DNA from: Scenedesmus sp. PABB004
Lineage: Eukaryota
DNA: 64,000 nucleotides
NCBI GenBank assembly: GCA_014905635.1
Contig: CM026548.1
Location: 186,001 to 250,000, forward strand
Direction of reading: 5' to 3'
The notes beneath the pieces are model-generated. The model searched no databases. It was not told where the DNA came from and was given only the letters and a program-made list of their open reading frames with translations. Shown one piece after another: positions 40,049 to 53,299 of the stretch. How positions within the stretch are numbered: the stretch's first letter is position 1; the number at the start of each line of letters is the position of its first letter. The position numbers and the translations under genes are program-made.

Positions 40049-43000
40049 TCAGGCGCAGACGGCGCGCGCGATGGCGGCCGCGCGCTCGCGCCGCCGCGCG
40101 CGCGTCGGCGACGCCATCCGGGCCGCCCCGCGCGCCGCGGCCGCCGGCGCCGCCGCCCCAGCGCCCCGGCGCGGCCGCGTCGGCGAGCGCCGCCGCGGCG
40201 CGCGCGACGCGCACGCACGCCGCCGCGACGCGGCGCCGCCGCGGCGCGCCGGCCGCCGGGTGCGCGACGAGGCTCGTGCCGACCGCGAGCGCCTGGTCCT
40301 GCAGCGCGCCGAGCGCCTTGGCGGAGGGCCACATCGGGCCCAGCCCGCCGCCGCCCGCGCCGGCCTCGCCCGGCTCGACCGCGGGCGCGGTGGCCAGCAG
40401 GAACAGCAGCGCGTGCTCCGCCGCCGTGTACACCGCCTCGCACAGCCGCGCGCAGTACTCGGAGCAGCCGCCGCCGCCGCCGCTGGCGAGGCCGCCGCCG
40501 CCGGGCGGGTCGGCCGCCGCGCCGCCGGCCGCGGGCGGCGAGCGCGGCGAGCCCGCGCCGACGAGCGCGCCGGCGCCGCCGGGGCTCGCGGGGCCGCCGC
40601 CGGCCGCGTGGGCGCTGCCGGCGCGCGTGGGCGTGGAGGGCGTCGGCGGGCCGCCGCCGCCGGGGCCGGCGAGCGCGTTGGCGCCGCCGGCGCTGCAGAG
40701 CTTGAACCAGCCGTCGCTCGCCTCCAGCCCCGACGCGAGCTTCGCGAGCCGGCGCTCAAAGGGGCTCAGCGGCGCGCAGCTCACGCGCACCGACCTGCGC
40801 GGCGGCGGGCACGAGCGGGCGTGGGCGCGCGAGCGGGCGGTCAGGGCCCGGCGCGCGGGCGCGGCGCCGGCGCCGCGCTCCTGCAGGCCCCGTTGCGCGT
40901 GCCGCGCGCCCACAGGCCCAGCCGCCGCCGCGCGCGCGCCCCACCTGTCGAGCGACGGCGCCGCGACGAGCTCCACCAGCTGCGCCGCGGCGGCGCGGAA
41001 CGCGGCGAGCGAGCCGGGGCGCTGCAGCTGCCACTCGCCGATGTGGGGCGTCATGAATCGGAGCAGGTACAGCGCCCGCTCGGCCTCCAGCAGGTTGGCG
41101 AGCCCCAGCTGCAGCGGCGGCGCCTTGCCGACGCCGCCGCCGCCGCCGGCGCCCAGCGCGCCGCCGCCGGCGCCCAGGTCGGAGCGCGGGCCCCACGCGA
41201 GCGCGAGCACGCCGCCCGCCGCCGCCGGGCAGCGCGCCGCCGCCGCCCAGCGCGGCGGGCGCGCCGGCGGCGGCGCCGCCGCCTGCGCCGCGCGCGCTCT
41301 GCAGCTGCACCGCGAGCATGAGCCGCGGCTCGGCCGCGACCAGCAGCTGCATCGCCGGGTCGCCGACGTCGGTGCTGCGGCTGAGCTGCTGCAGCATCGT
41401 GCTCAGCAGCCCGAGCAGCAGGCACCACTGCTGGTGCCGCGGCGACCACATGCAGCCCGGCGCGGCGCCGCCGGCGCCAAAGCCCGCCGCCGTCTGCACG
41501 CTCACGCCGGCGCCGGCGCCGGCGCTCATCATGTAGGCGCCCAGCGTGGCCAGGCTCACGGCGAGCGTGCCGGGCAGCTCCTGGCGCCGCCGAGGCCGAG
41601 GCCGGCGCCGCCGGCCGCGGCGGACGGGCCGACGAGCCCCAGGCAGGCCGCGTCGAGCAGGCCCGTGCCGGCGTCGCTGTGCATGAGGCGCCGCGTGAAC
41701 GCGAGCAGCACCGGCAGCAGGCCCTGCTGCCACAGCGCGAGCGCTCCGTCGGGCGCCTGCGCGACGGCGAGCGCGAGCTCCAGCACCGACGTATCCGTCA
41801 CCGCCGCGCCGGCCGCGGCCGCGGCCGCGGCGGCCGCCGCGCCGCGCTCCGCCGCGGCGGCCGCGGCGCCGCCGCCGGGTTCGGCGCCGCCGTCGGGCGG
41901 CGCGGCGCCGTCGGGCGGCGGCGGCGGGCCGCCGCCGCCGGCGTGCAGCCCGTAGCCCGCCGCGCCAGCGCGCGCGGCGGCGGCGGCCACCATGGGGACG
42001 AGCGCGAGCTGCTGCGCGACGGGCGCGAGCCACAGCGACGACGGCAGCTGGTGCGAGAGTACCTCGATCAGCAGCTGCAGCAGCGCCGCCGCGTACGCGT
42101 CGCGCGCGGGCGCGCCGGGCCCGCCGCCCGGCAGGGCGCCCTGGTGCTGCTGCTGGTCCACCGCCGCCGCGCACGCCTTGCACAGCACCGGCAGCAGGTC
42201 CAGGAGCGAGGCCTCAAGCTCCAGCAGCTCCGCGGGCAGCCGGCCCGCGCGGCGCCGCCGGCCGGCCGCAGCGCGCCCGCCGGCAGCGCCTGGAGAACGA
42301 GGAGCAGCGCGGTGCTGAGGCACTCGACCACCTCCACGTCCGCCGCGACCGCGCCGCCGAGGCTGCCCGCGGCCTCGTCCCACGGCGCCGGCGCCGCGGA
42401 CGCGGCGGCCGCCGCGGCCGCGGCCGCCGCGGAGGCCAGGCTCTCGCCGCCGCGCCCGCGCAGCCAGCGCGCGAGCAGGCCCGCGGTCTGCGCCGCCGCG
42501 GCGACCGCCGGCGCGTGGCCGCCGGCCGCACCGCCGGCGCCGAGGCCGCCTCCCCCAGGCTTGGTGGCGCCGGGGCTCGCGCCGCCCCCGCCGCCGCCGA
42601 GCGCCTGCTCGTTCAGCGTGCGCGCCATCAGCACCGGGCCGCCGCCGCCGCGCGCGGCGCGCCGCGGCCGCCGCCTTCCAGATGCGCACGCTCAGCAGCA
42701 GGCCGCGCGACGCGAGCAGCAGCGCCGCACTGCTGGCGTGGCCAATGAATGGGAGGCCCCACGGCACTGCCAGCAGCCGCGCCGCGGGGCAGCTCGCGAG
42801 GTGGCAGGCCTCCGCCATCGCCGCCTCCGCGCCGCGCGCGCTGTTGCTGAGCAGCTGCCGCGCCACGTCGGGCGAGAGCAGCTGCTCGCGCGCGGGCGCG
42901 TGCCTGGCGCGCGGCGCAGCGCGCGGCGCGGCCCGGGTGAGCGGCGCGCGGGGGCGCGCTCACGCACGCTGCGCGAGCTGTTGCGCCCCGGCGGCGCCGC

Positions 43001-46000
43001 CGCCCGCACCTGCTGAGCGACGCGAGCAGCGACGCGCCCGCCCGTCAGCAGCGCGAGCGCGCGCGTGCGCGAGCGAGGCGGCGGCGGAGACGTCGTCCAG
43101 CGTCACCGCCAGCCCCAGCGCGCCCTCGCAGGAGTCGAGCACGAACGGACCCAGCAGCGCGCAGAGGCGCGACGAGTCAAACAAGAAGTGCCTGCGCCCG
43201 GCGCAGCAGGCCCAGGGGCGGCCGCGCGAGCGGGCGTGGGCGGCCCGCGCAGCAGCAGCGCGCCGCGTGCGCGGGACGGCCGCCGGCCGCCGGCGGGCGT
43301 GCGCCGCGCGGCGCGCGCACCGGCCGTACGGCGTCTCGCCGGCAGCCCAGCTGCGGGCGTCACCGCGGCGGCGCGGAGGAGCAGCTCGCCAAACGGCCGC
43401 GCGTACAAGGCGTCGACGAGCACGCTGCCGCGCGCGCCGCCGCCGGCGCCGGCCTCGCGCATCTCCTCGTCATCGCTGCCGCCGCCGCCGCCCGGCGTGC
43501 CACGCCCGCCCGCCGCCGCCGCGGCGTCGGGGTCGGCGAGCTGGTCGCACGCGGCCTGCAGGTCGGCCAGGCCGTACTGCCCCGCCGCCGCGGCGTCCAG
43601 CAGCGGCGCGACCTCGGCGCGGAAGCCCGCCGCGACGCTCAGCGCGTCGGTCGTGAGCGCGGCGGGGCCCCAGGCGCCCGTGACCGCGGACGCGCCGAGC
43701 TGCAGGTACGCCACCTGCAGCGTGCGGGCGAGCTGGTCCATCAGCGGCTGCTGCAGCCCCAGCTCCGCCGCGGCCGCGAGCAGGCGGCTGAGCTCCAGCG
43801 GGCCCAGCTCCGCCAGCAGCGCCTCGTGTCCCCGCTCGGGCGCGGCGTCGGCGGCGGCGGCGCCGGGCAGCTGCACCGCAAGCAGCTCCAGCAGCAGGAT
43901 GTGCAGCGCGCACGCGTGCACCTGCAGCCGCCACGCGGCCGCCTCGACGTCAGCGACGTCAGCCCCGGGCGCCACGGCCGGCAGCGAACCAGGCGCGGGG
44001 CAGCACGCCTGCCGGGCGGCGGCGGCGGCGGCGACGGTGCAAGGGTGAGGCGACGCGCAGCGCGAGTGCGTGCGCGCGCGCTGCCCCGTCACGCCAGCCA
44101 TGCCCCTGTCACGCCAGCCCCACCTTGAGGGCCGCCCAGAAGCCCGGCTGGCTGCGCAGCAGCTCCACCGCGCCGTGCGCGGAGCCCTGGCACTCCCAGA
44201 GCGAGCTCAGCAGCCGCAGCGCCGCCGCGAGCAGCTTGGGCTGGCTGCCGAGCAGCTGCGGCGCCTGCTTCAGCAGCGCCCAGAGGCCGTCCAGCGCGCT
44301 GAAGGCCGTGGCGCCGGCGCCGGCCTTGGTGCCGGCGGGGCGGGCCTTCTTGCCGCCACCGGTGGCGGCACCGTCCGCGGGCTCGGCCGACTTGTCGGCG
44401 CTCGGCAGCGCGAGGCCAGTGGGGAAGCACAGCGTGTCCAGGACTTCCGGGTGCGACCTGCGGCGCGGACCAGCGACGGCGGCGACGGCGCGGCGTCGGC
44501 GCGGCGCCGCGCGAGGGCGACGGATGGACACCGGCGGCCAGGCGTGGCGGCGCGCCCTCGCTGCTCACCTCACGCCCGCCTCCAGCAGCACCATCGCCTG
44601 GATGGACCACTCCGGATACTGCTGCGCCACCGGCGCCTCAAACAGGCGCAGCAGCGCGGGGCGCAGCCCCGGCAGCGCCGCCAGCAGCGCCGCAAAGAGC
44701 CCGGACGGCCGCCACCAGCCGCCGGCGCCGCCTGCGCGGCGGGCGGGCGGCGCGGCGCGGTGCGGTGAGCGGCCCGGTTGCGCGCCACCGCCCAACGCCG
44801 CGCGGCAGCGGGCGTACGCACGCGCGCGGCCGCACCTCGCCCGCCCACGATTGCGCCGCCCCCGTGCAGCGCGCGCAGGTGCGGCTGCGCGAGCGCGCCC
44901 AGCCCCGCGGGCGCGCCGGCGCCGCCGGGCACGACCGGCCCGCCGCCGCCGGGCGCAGGGCTCGCGGCGTAGCTGAGCAGGCCGCCACCGCCGCCGCCGC
45001 CCCCACCAACCGTCCGCGGCGGCGCTTGCAGGATGGCAAACGCGTTGATCGCGTCCAGCGCCAGCAGCGGCAGGTGCGGGGCGTAAGGGTACGCCACGTA
45101 GCTGCCGACCACCGCGGCGGGGCTCAGCCCGCCGCCGGGCGGGTCCTGCGCCGGCGTCAGCGGCGGCGGGGGCGATGTGGGCGGCGGCGGCCGCGGCAGC
45201 GGCGGCGCGACAAGCCCCGGCGGTGGCGGCAGCGGCGGCGCGGGCGCGACCCGCCCCGGTAGCGGCGGCGGCGCACCGCGGCCCAGTACTGCTGCAGCGG
45301 CATCTCCGGCGAGAGGTGTGCGAGGCCGGCGAGCAGGACCGGCACGAGCGATAGCAGCGCCTCGGCGAGGCCCGCGCCGGCGGCGAGCAGCGCGCTGCTG
45401 CCGGCCTGCTGCTCCGCCATGCGCCGCAGCGCGTCGGCGGGCGGCGGCAGCACCGCCGAGAGGTAGCCCTGGCCCGCGGTCGCGAGGTGGTGGAAGACCT
45501 TGGCCGACAGCACCGTCACCATGACGCCGCCGGGCGGGCCCGCGGCCTTGGGCCCCGCCGCGCCCGGCAGCGACACGGCGCCCGCGAGCAGCGCGCCGCG
45601 CACGGCGCCCAGCGCCGCCGCCGCGAGGGCGCAGCGGTCGCTCGTGCTGCCAAACGGCAGCCAGGGCATCGCGCCCAGCACCCGGTGCAGGGTGAAGCCG
45701 ACGAGGCTCGGCACGAGGCCCCACGTGACGTGCTGCCCCAGCAGTGCGGCGGTGAGGCGCACGACCGCCGACGTGAGCGGGTAGGCGCTGCCCGGCACCT
45801 CCAGCGCCTCCTGCAGCGCCTGCAGCGTCTCGAGGCCGCGCCAGTCGTCGACCGCGCCCAGGCCGTCCTGCCGCTGCGGCTGCGCGCCGCCTGCCTGCTG
45901 GCCCGCCACCCAGCCGGCCAGGTCGGCGAGGGGACGAGGCCGAGCGGCTCGGGGACGAGCGCCGCGCCGGAGAAGAGCGCCGAGCCGCCCAGTGCGCCGA

Positions 46001-47448
46001 CGACGCGCGACGGCTGCGCGACCGCCGCCGCCGCGGCCGCGGTGAGGCAGTCGCCGAGCGCGGACAGCGCCTGGCGGCACAGCGCGCCGCCCGCGCCCGG
46101 CGCGCCGCCGGCCGCCGTGCTGGCGAGCCCCGGGAGCACGTTGAGCGCGGCGGCGAGGACGTCGAGCCAGTCCATGGCCTGCTGGTTGGTGTACACGATG
46201 GTCACCGCCAGCAGCGGCCTGGCCAGCAGCGGCTCGCCCGCGAGCAGCGCGGCGACGAGGCGCAGAATCAGGCGCAGGTCCTGCACGGCGCGCGGCGCGG
46301 CGGCGGGGCGGCGGCGAGGCGCACAATCAGGCGCAGGTCCTGCACGGCGCGGCGGCGGCCGCCGTCGCGCGCGCGCGCGCCCACCCCGCCACACCCACCT
46401 CCCAGTGCTCGCTGCCCGCCACGGGCTGGCGCGCCGCGTTGGCGGCGTGCAGGTGCTGCAGGCAGTGCGCCGCGCGCGCGAGCAGCAGCACGGGCCCCGT
46501 GCCGTGCTCCGCGTCCACCTCCCAGGCCACCAGAAAGGCGTCGTCGCCGCCGCCGCTGCCGCCGGCCGCGCCGGCCGCAGCGCCGCCGTCCGAGGAGCCC
46601 GCCGGCGGCGGCTGCGCAAACTCGGGCAGCGGCAGGCGCTTGCCGCGGCTCCCCTGCGCGCGCGGCGCGGCGTGCGGCGCGTGGGCGCCGCGGCGGTGCG
46701 TGGGCGCGGCGGCGGCGGCTGCGCGGCGCGCCCGCCGGCCGCGCGAGCGCCGCCGGCCCGCCAGGAGGCTGGGCGCCTCACCTCCGGCAGGTAGCTGCCC
46801 TGAACCTCGGGCGCCTTGCCCCACGGCAGCGTCGCGTCCAGCAGCGCCGCGTCGCCCTGCACCAGCAGGCCCGGCGTGCCGGCGTCGTAGCGCACGGTGA
46901 GGCAGGTACGGCTGCACAGGTGCGCGTACGCCGCCGCCGCCGCGGCGGGGCCCTGCGCGAGGCCGGTCGCGAGGCGCAGGTAGGGCCCGGGGAACGCTGG
47001 AAACAGCAGGCAGACCTCCTGCAGCAGGTGGCGCAGCGGGCGCGTCGCAGGGAGGCCCTCGTCCCACACCGCCTGCGCGAGGTGCGGGCAGCCTGCCGCG
47101 GCGGCGCGGGCGGCGCGGGCGGGGAAGCGTGGGCGGGGGCGCGGCGCGGCGCCGCGGGCGGGCCGCGCGGGGCAGCTCGCCGCCTGGCCTGCGCGGCGCC
47201 GCGCCGCACCCTGCACCGTCTCCACCAGCAGCTCCACCAGCTGGTCCAGCAGCGCCCCGGGCAGCCGCCAGGGGCTGGGGTCGAACGCGAGGCACATGAG
47301 GCAGCAGCCCTGCAGGAGCAGCCCGCGCACGAGCCCGCCCGCGAGCGTGCCGCCGGCGAGCTCCTCTCGCGCGAGCGGCGCGGCCAGCGCGGCAAAGCCG
47401 CCGGCGCGCATTGCCTTCTCTTGGATGCTGCTAGACAGCGCGTCTGCG

Positions 47449-47479
<31 letters not shown>

Positions 47480-49406
47480 GCTCTGCGCGCGCCGGGGCTC
47501 TGCGCGCCAGCACCGCGGCGGTCGGCGGCCGCCCCCGCGGCGGCGCCAGTCCCCCCCGGCCGCGCACCCACCCGCGCCACGGTGGCTCGCGAGCAGCTGG
47601 TTGTATGAGAAGACCGCCAGCAGCGCGCCCGCGCAGCCGGGCGCCTGGCGCCACTGCATCAGCGCCGACTCGATGCTGCGCCACTGGCGCAGCGGGCTCA
47701 GCCCGCCGCGCGGCAGGCTGGCGCCGGGCGCGGTGGCGTGCTCCGCCAGGCGCGTCACGAGCGCCGCCGGCTTGAGCGCCGCCAGGACGAGCGCGCAGGC
47801 CTGGGCGGCGGCGCGGCGGCGGCTGCGTCAGCGCGGCTGGCCCGCGAGCGCGGCAGCCGCTGGCGCGGCAGGCGGCGAGCGGCGGGCGGCGGGCGGCGGG
47901 CCCGCCACAACGCACCAGCGCCTCGGCAAGCTGCTGCATCGCGCCCGCCTGGCTGTCGGCGCCCGCGGCGCCGCCGCCGCCGCCGCCGGCGCCAAACACG
48001 GCATCGCCCAGCAGCTGCAGCAGCGCGAGCAGCCGCTCCTCCTTGCACTCCGGCCAGCGCAGGCTGAGCGCCTCGGTCGCCGCCGCACCGAGCACCGCCG
48101 CGCTGGCCGCCTCGGCGCGGCTCAGCCCCTCGGCACCCGCGGCCGCGCGCGCCGCGTCGACGAGCGCCGGCAGGCCCGCGTTGGTGGGCGACACGAGCGG
48201 GTCCGCGCCGGCGTACAGCTGCGTGAGCAGGCAGAGCAGCTCGCAGCGCTCGTGCAGCGCGTGCAGGTGCAGCCGGCCGTCGAGGTCCAGCGGCTTCACC
48301 TGCGCGGCGCACGGGACACCATGCGCGCGCGGGCCTGAGCGGGTGCCGGCCACCCCCGTGCGGCCGCTGCCACAGCGTGGCGGCGCTGCCGCGCCGCACC
48401 AGGTGCGCGCCGTCCGCGCCGCCGCCCGGCACCGCGCCGCCGCCCGGCTGCTGCTGCTTGCGCGGCCGGAGCAGCGCGGCGAGGGCATCGTACACGCGCC
48501 CCTCCCAGCCCGCCTCGAGCAGGCGCCGCAGCACGGCGCGGCAGCCCGCCGACGCGTCGCAGGCCACGTCCACTGCGCGGGCGGGCACGCGGCGGCGCGG
48601 CGCGCGGTCGAGCGGGTGGGGCGCGGCTGGCGCCCGCCCGGGCGCCCGCCACGCGGCGCGCCCGCCGGCGGCGGCGGCCGCCATCGCTCACTCGCGCTCA
48701 TCACCACAAACTGCTGGCACTTGGCCAGGTACACGCGCTCCTGCGCGTAGCAGTCCGCCACGCCCGCGACAACCTCGGCGGCAGCGCCGCCTGCGGCGCG
48801 GCGGCGCCGCCGCCCGCGCCGCCCGGCGCCGGCAGCGCGAGCGGCGCGCCCGCGCCGCCGCCCGCCGCCGGCGGGGCGATGGCCACGTCGTTGTCCTTGA
48901 GCCAGCGCTTGAGCAGCAGGTGGCACTGCAGCTCGTCCAGCGACTGCGGGCCCGCACGGCGCGGCGCCGGCGGGGTCGGGCGGCGCGCACCGGTGCGCCG
49001 CGCCGCCGCCGCGCCGCTGCCGTCGCTGCCCGCCGCTGCCGCCCGCGCCGCGCCCGGCGGCCCTCCCGCTGCGCGCCCCCGCGTCCCGATCGCGCCCGCC
49101 CCGCGCGTGGCGGCGCGAGCGCCGCACCAGCAGCGCCGCCAGCTCCGCCGTCGCCTCGACCAGGTGCCGGTCGACGGCGATGCCGCGCTTGGCGCCCCAG
49201 GCGGGCGCCTTCAGGGCGCCGCCGGCGCGCAGGGCCTTTGCGGAGGCCTCTGTCGGCGGCCCGAAGCGCGTGGCGCCCGCGAGGAGCCACTGGAAGTTGA
49301 GGTTGAGCAGCTCATCGAGCGCGGCGGCGCTGCTCCTGTCCGCCGTGGCCGCCTGCAGCTGCTGATAGACCGCCCGGAAGGGCAGCCAGTACACCTCGTC
49401 CGCCAT
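40049..49406 (-). CDS. Large scaffold nucleoporin, Nup188/Nup205-like; several apparent frameshifts; 3' end approximate
   Basis: N-terminal YWLPFRAVY..WLLAGATRFGPP, LDELQCHLLL, CYAQERVYL; helical leucine-rich exons over more than 9 kb; family assigned from recalled similarity only. Confidence 0.65.
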
Positions 49407-49961
49407 GACGCTCCGCGCGAGAACACGCCCCCTCAGCGCCGTTCGTTGCGGCGGCGCGGCGCGTGCATCTTCGGTTGATCACCGCGCGCGCTCGCGGCGG
49501 GCGCCTTGCAGCGACACGAGCGTCGGCTGCTGGAGGTGCTGGTTCAACACTGCAAATCCCGGGACCATGCGCGAAGGAAGCGGGACGATGACAACGCCGG
49601 CGCAGTGAGCGGCGGCGCGGCGGCAGGGCGCAAAGCCGCGCCGCGGGGCGCGCGGCCGCCAACCGCCGTGGGGCGTGCTGACAATCCGGCGCCGCACGCC
49701 ACGGTGGTCTGGGTAGCCAGTGCCAGTCCCCTGCGAGCCGCGCGGCGAGGCGCGGCGGCGCCGAGGGCTCACCGTTCGAGCGCCGCGGCACGGCGGCGCC
49801 GCAGACGCCCCACCCCCGCCGCCCTGCCCGAGCTCTCGCCAGTCCGAAGCGCCCTCCCTCTCGCCCACACGCCGCTGCAGCCCGCCCACCACCCGCGCGC
49901 AGCGCAGCGCCCGCCTGCGCGCGCAGCGCGAACTGCCCGCGCGCTCCGGCGCCGCGCGGCC

Positions 49962-51053
49962 ATGGCACAAGCCACATTCACCCTCTCGGCGGACGTGGCG
50001 TCGCCGGAGAAGGCCGCGCTGGCCGTGGCAGCGCCGGCGGCGGCAGCGCACGCGGCGGCAGCGCCCGGCAGCACCTATGACGTGCACGACGACGTGGGCG
50101 AGGTCCTGTTCAGGAAGGCGGAGATGGCTGCCCGCGTGGTGCAGCTCGGCGCGAGCATCGGCGCCGCGTATGCGGTGCGCCGCCGCGCGCCGCAGCTGCG
50201 CAGCTGCGCGAGCGGCCCTGACCCGTCGCGCCCCCCGCCCCGCGCAGGGCAAGTCGCCGGTGGTGATGCCCATCCTCAAGGGCGGCTTCATCTTCGCCGC
50301 CGACCTCTGCAGGGCGCTGTCGCCGACGCCGGAGGGCCTCGAGATCGAGTTTGTCTCGGCCAGGCGAGCGGCGGCACCCGGCAGCACGGTGGCGGCGCGC
50401 GATGCCGGCGCGCGCCTCGCCGACGCGCGCCGCTGCCGGCGCAGGTCATACGGCGCGCGCACGGAGACGAGCGGGACCGTAGAGGTGTCGTTTGACGCGG
50501 CCGCGGTGCTCGGGCGGCACTGCCTCATGGTTGATGACCTGGTCGACAGCGGGCTCACGCTCGCGACGGTCCAGGCCCGCCTGCTCGACGCGGGCGCGGC
50601 GAGCGTGCGCAGCGTCGTGCTGCTGGACAAGCGCGCGCGCCGCAAGGTGCGCCGTCGCCGCGCCCGCCGCAGGGGGAGGAGCCCTGGCGGGGGGGGGGGG
50701 GGGGGGGGGGGGGGCGGCCGCGCGCGGCCGCGCCGCCGCCAACGCCGCGCGCCCGCCCGCCCGTGCCGCCCGTGCCGCCGCCAGGTCGAGTTTACGCCGG
50801 ACTGGGTGGGCTTCGACTGCCCCAACCACTGGGTGGCAGGTGTGGGCGGCTCGCTGCACGCGCGGCTGCACGCGCGGCCCGGCGCGCGCGGGGGGCGCGC
50901 AGCAGGGGCTGCTGCTGCGCGCGCGCCGCCCCACGCCCGCGCGACGCCCGCGGCCCACCAGGCATGGGCATGGACACCGCGCAGATTTTCCGCACGCTGG
51001 ACTACGTCGCCGTGCTCAAGCCCGAGGCCATCGCGCGTGTGCTCGGCAAGTGA
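49962..51053 (+). CDS. HPT: Hypoxanthine-guanine phosphoribosyltransferase, 5 exons
   Basis: PILKGGFIFAADL, EFVSARSYG, PRPP motif LMVDDLVDSGLTL, VLLDK, WVAGMGMD. Confidence 0.95.
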
Positions 51054-51280
51054 GGGGGGCGAGCGAAGCGAGCCAAGATGCGGCCGCGCGCGCGTTGCGA
51101 GCACGCGCGCCAGAGGCGCCGGCGGCTGTTTGACTGTACTACGCCGCAGCGGCGCCACGAGCCATTTTTTTGTCCTAGGCGCCGGTCCCGGCCGGTTTTG
51201 AGCGAGCTCGTGTCCACGTGAACGTTGTCGTCGCTTGCGGCTGGGCGCGACGCCGTCGAGCGCCCCAGCGGTCGCGAGCG

Positions 51281-51285
51281 TGTAA
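51281..51285 (+). promoter_or_regulatory. Putative TGTAA poly(A) signal of HPRT
   Basis: TGTAA about 230 nt after the stop. Confidence 0.6.
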
Positions 51286-51471
51286 CACCTCCCCCCTCCT
51301 TTGCCCGCCCGTGACTCGAGCTGCGCGCGCACAATTCCCCCGGGCTCCTAGCCGCCAGCGACGGTGTCCGCCGACGACGCAGCGGCGGCAGCAGCGGCGG
51401 CAGCAGCGGCGGCGGCCGGGTGCCCCGCCAATCCAGCCCGCCCTCCCGGCTCCTCCGGGCGCGCCAGCGCG

Positions 51472-53121
51472 ATGGCAGAGGGCGCGGCGGAGACGATGCT
51501 CGCGCTGTGCTTCCAGGGCAAGGAGCGCATCGAGCTCGACCGCGTCCCCAAGCCGCGCCTAGAGCGCCCGGGCGACGCCGTCGTGCGCGTTGAGCTTGCT
51601 GGCATCTGCGGCAGGTGCGCCAGGCGGCCGCCGTGTGCACGCCGCCGCGACCGCACGCCGCGACTGCTTCGCGCGCGGCGGCCGCAGTGACCTCCACCCG
51701 TACCACTGCCGCGAGGAGGGTCTGCTGCCGGGCACCGTGGTGGGGCACGAGTTTGTGGGCGTCGTCGAGGCGGTCGGCGGCGAGGTGGGCCGCCGCTTGC
51801 CAGCGCGCGCGCCTGGCGCCTGGGCTGCCTGGCGCGAGCTGCCAGCGCGCGCGGCGCGTGGCAGGCGGCGGCGCGCTGGCAACGGCCCGGCCGCCTGAGA
51901 CGGGCGGCGCCGCGTCGGCCGGCCGCGCAGGTGTCGACGCTGCGGCCGGGCGACCGAGTGATGAGCCCGTTTACGACCAGCTGCGGCGCTTGCTTCTTCT
52001 GCTCGCGGGGCCTCACCTGCCGCTGCGCCAGCGGCGCTGACGGCGGCCGCTGCTTCGGCTGGCGCTCGGCGCCGCCCGGCGGCGGCGACCCCGTGGGGCT
52101 GCAGGGCGCGCAGGCGCAGTTTGTGCGGGTCCCGCTCGCGGACGGCACGCTGGTCAAGGTGGGGGGAGCGCGCACAGCGCCCGCCGGCCCGCCGCGGCCG
52201 CTGCCGCCGCGGCGCTGTCAGCACGGCGCCGGCACGCGCGCGCACGCAACGCACGCGCGCACCGACCGGGTCTGCACACATCCGCCCCGTCGCCGCCAGG
52301 TGCCGGAGGGCGTGAGCGACGCGGAGGCCGTGCTGCTGGGTGACATCCTGAGCACTGCCTTCTTCTGCGTGGACCAAGGCGCGCCCAGCAAGCGCGCCGC
52401 GGCTGCGCGGGCCCGCCTGCGGCTTGCCGCTGCGCGCGCTGCCCCACACGCGGCGCACCCGGCCGCGCGCGCACGTGCGCGCGTCGCCGCAGGCGGCGTG
52501 CGCGACGGCGACACCGTCGTCGTGCTCGGCTGCGGCCCGGTCGGCCTGCTCGCTGTGCTGGCGGCGCGGCAGCGCGGCGCGGGCGCCGTGCTTGCGGTCG
52601 ACGGCGTGCCCGGCCGCCGCGCCAAGGCGGCGCAGCTCGGCGCGACGCCGCTCGACATCGGCGACGCCGCCGCGGCGGTGTCGCGCGCGACCGACGGCCG
52701 CGGCGCGGACGTCGCGCTCGAGCTCGTCGGCAGCTGCGCCGCGCTGCGCCTCGGCTTTGACCTGCTGCGCCCCGGCGGCGTGCTGTCCTCGATCGGCGTG
52801 CAGACGGAGGCGGCGCTGCCTTTTTCACCAGTCGAGGCGTACGACAAGAACCTGACCTTCCGCAGCGGGCGCTGCCCCGCGCGCGCCTACATGGAGCGCC
52901 TCGCGCCGCTCGTCGCGGCGAGCGGCGGCGCGTTTGAGCGCGCCGTCGTGACGCACCGCCTCCCGCTGTCCGAGGGCGTACGCGGCTACGAGATGTTTGC
53001 CGCGCGCGCGCCCGGCGTCATCAAGGTCGTGCTGGAGCCCTGGGCGACGGGCGGCGGCGCTGCGGGCGGCGCTGCGGGCGGCGCTGCGGGCGGCGCGGCA
53101 GGCGGCGACCGAGCGGGTTGA
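51472..53121 (+). CDS. Zinc-dependent alcohol dehydrogenase (MDR, formaldehyde-dehydrogenase-like), 5 exons
   Basis: GICGSDLH, GHEFVG, CGACFFCSRGLTCRC, LGDILSTA, GCGPVG. Confidence 0.92.
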
Positions 53122-53299
53122 CCCTGAGCCCTGGGCGGCGCGGCCTGGAACAATCAATCGCCGGCCTCGTCGCACTCCATATTCTTATTCCTCCCACCGA
53201 CTCTCCCGCACCCGCTGCGCCCAGCCCCTGTGCCGTCGCAGTCACACAACCGAGCTCGGGCACCGGCAGCGGCAACAGCAGCGGCGCCCGCCGCGCAGC

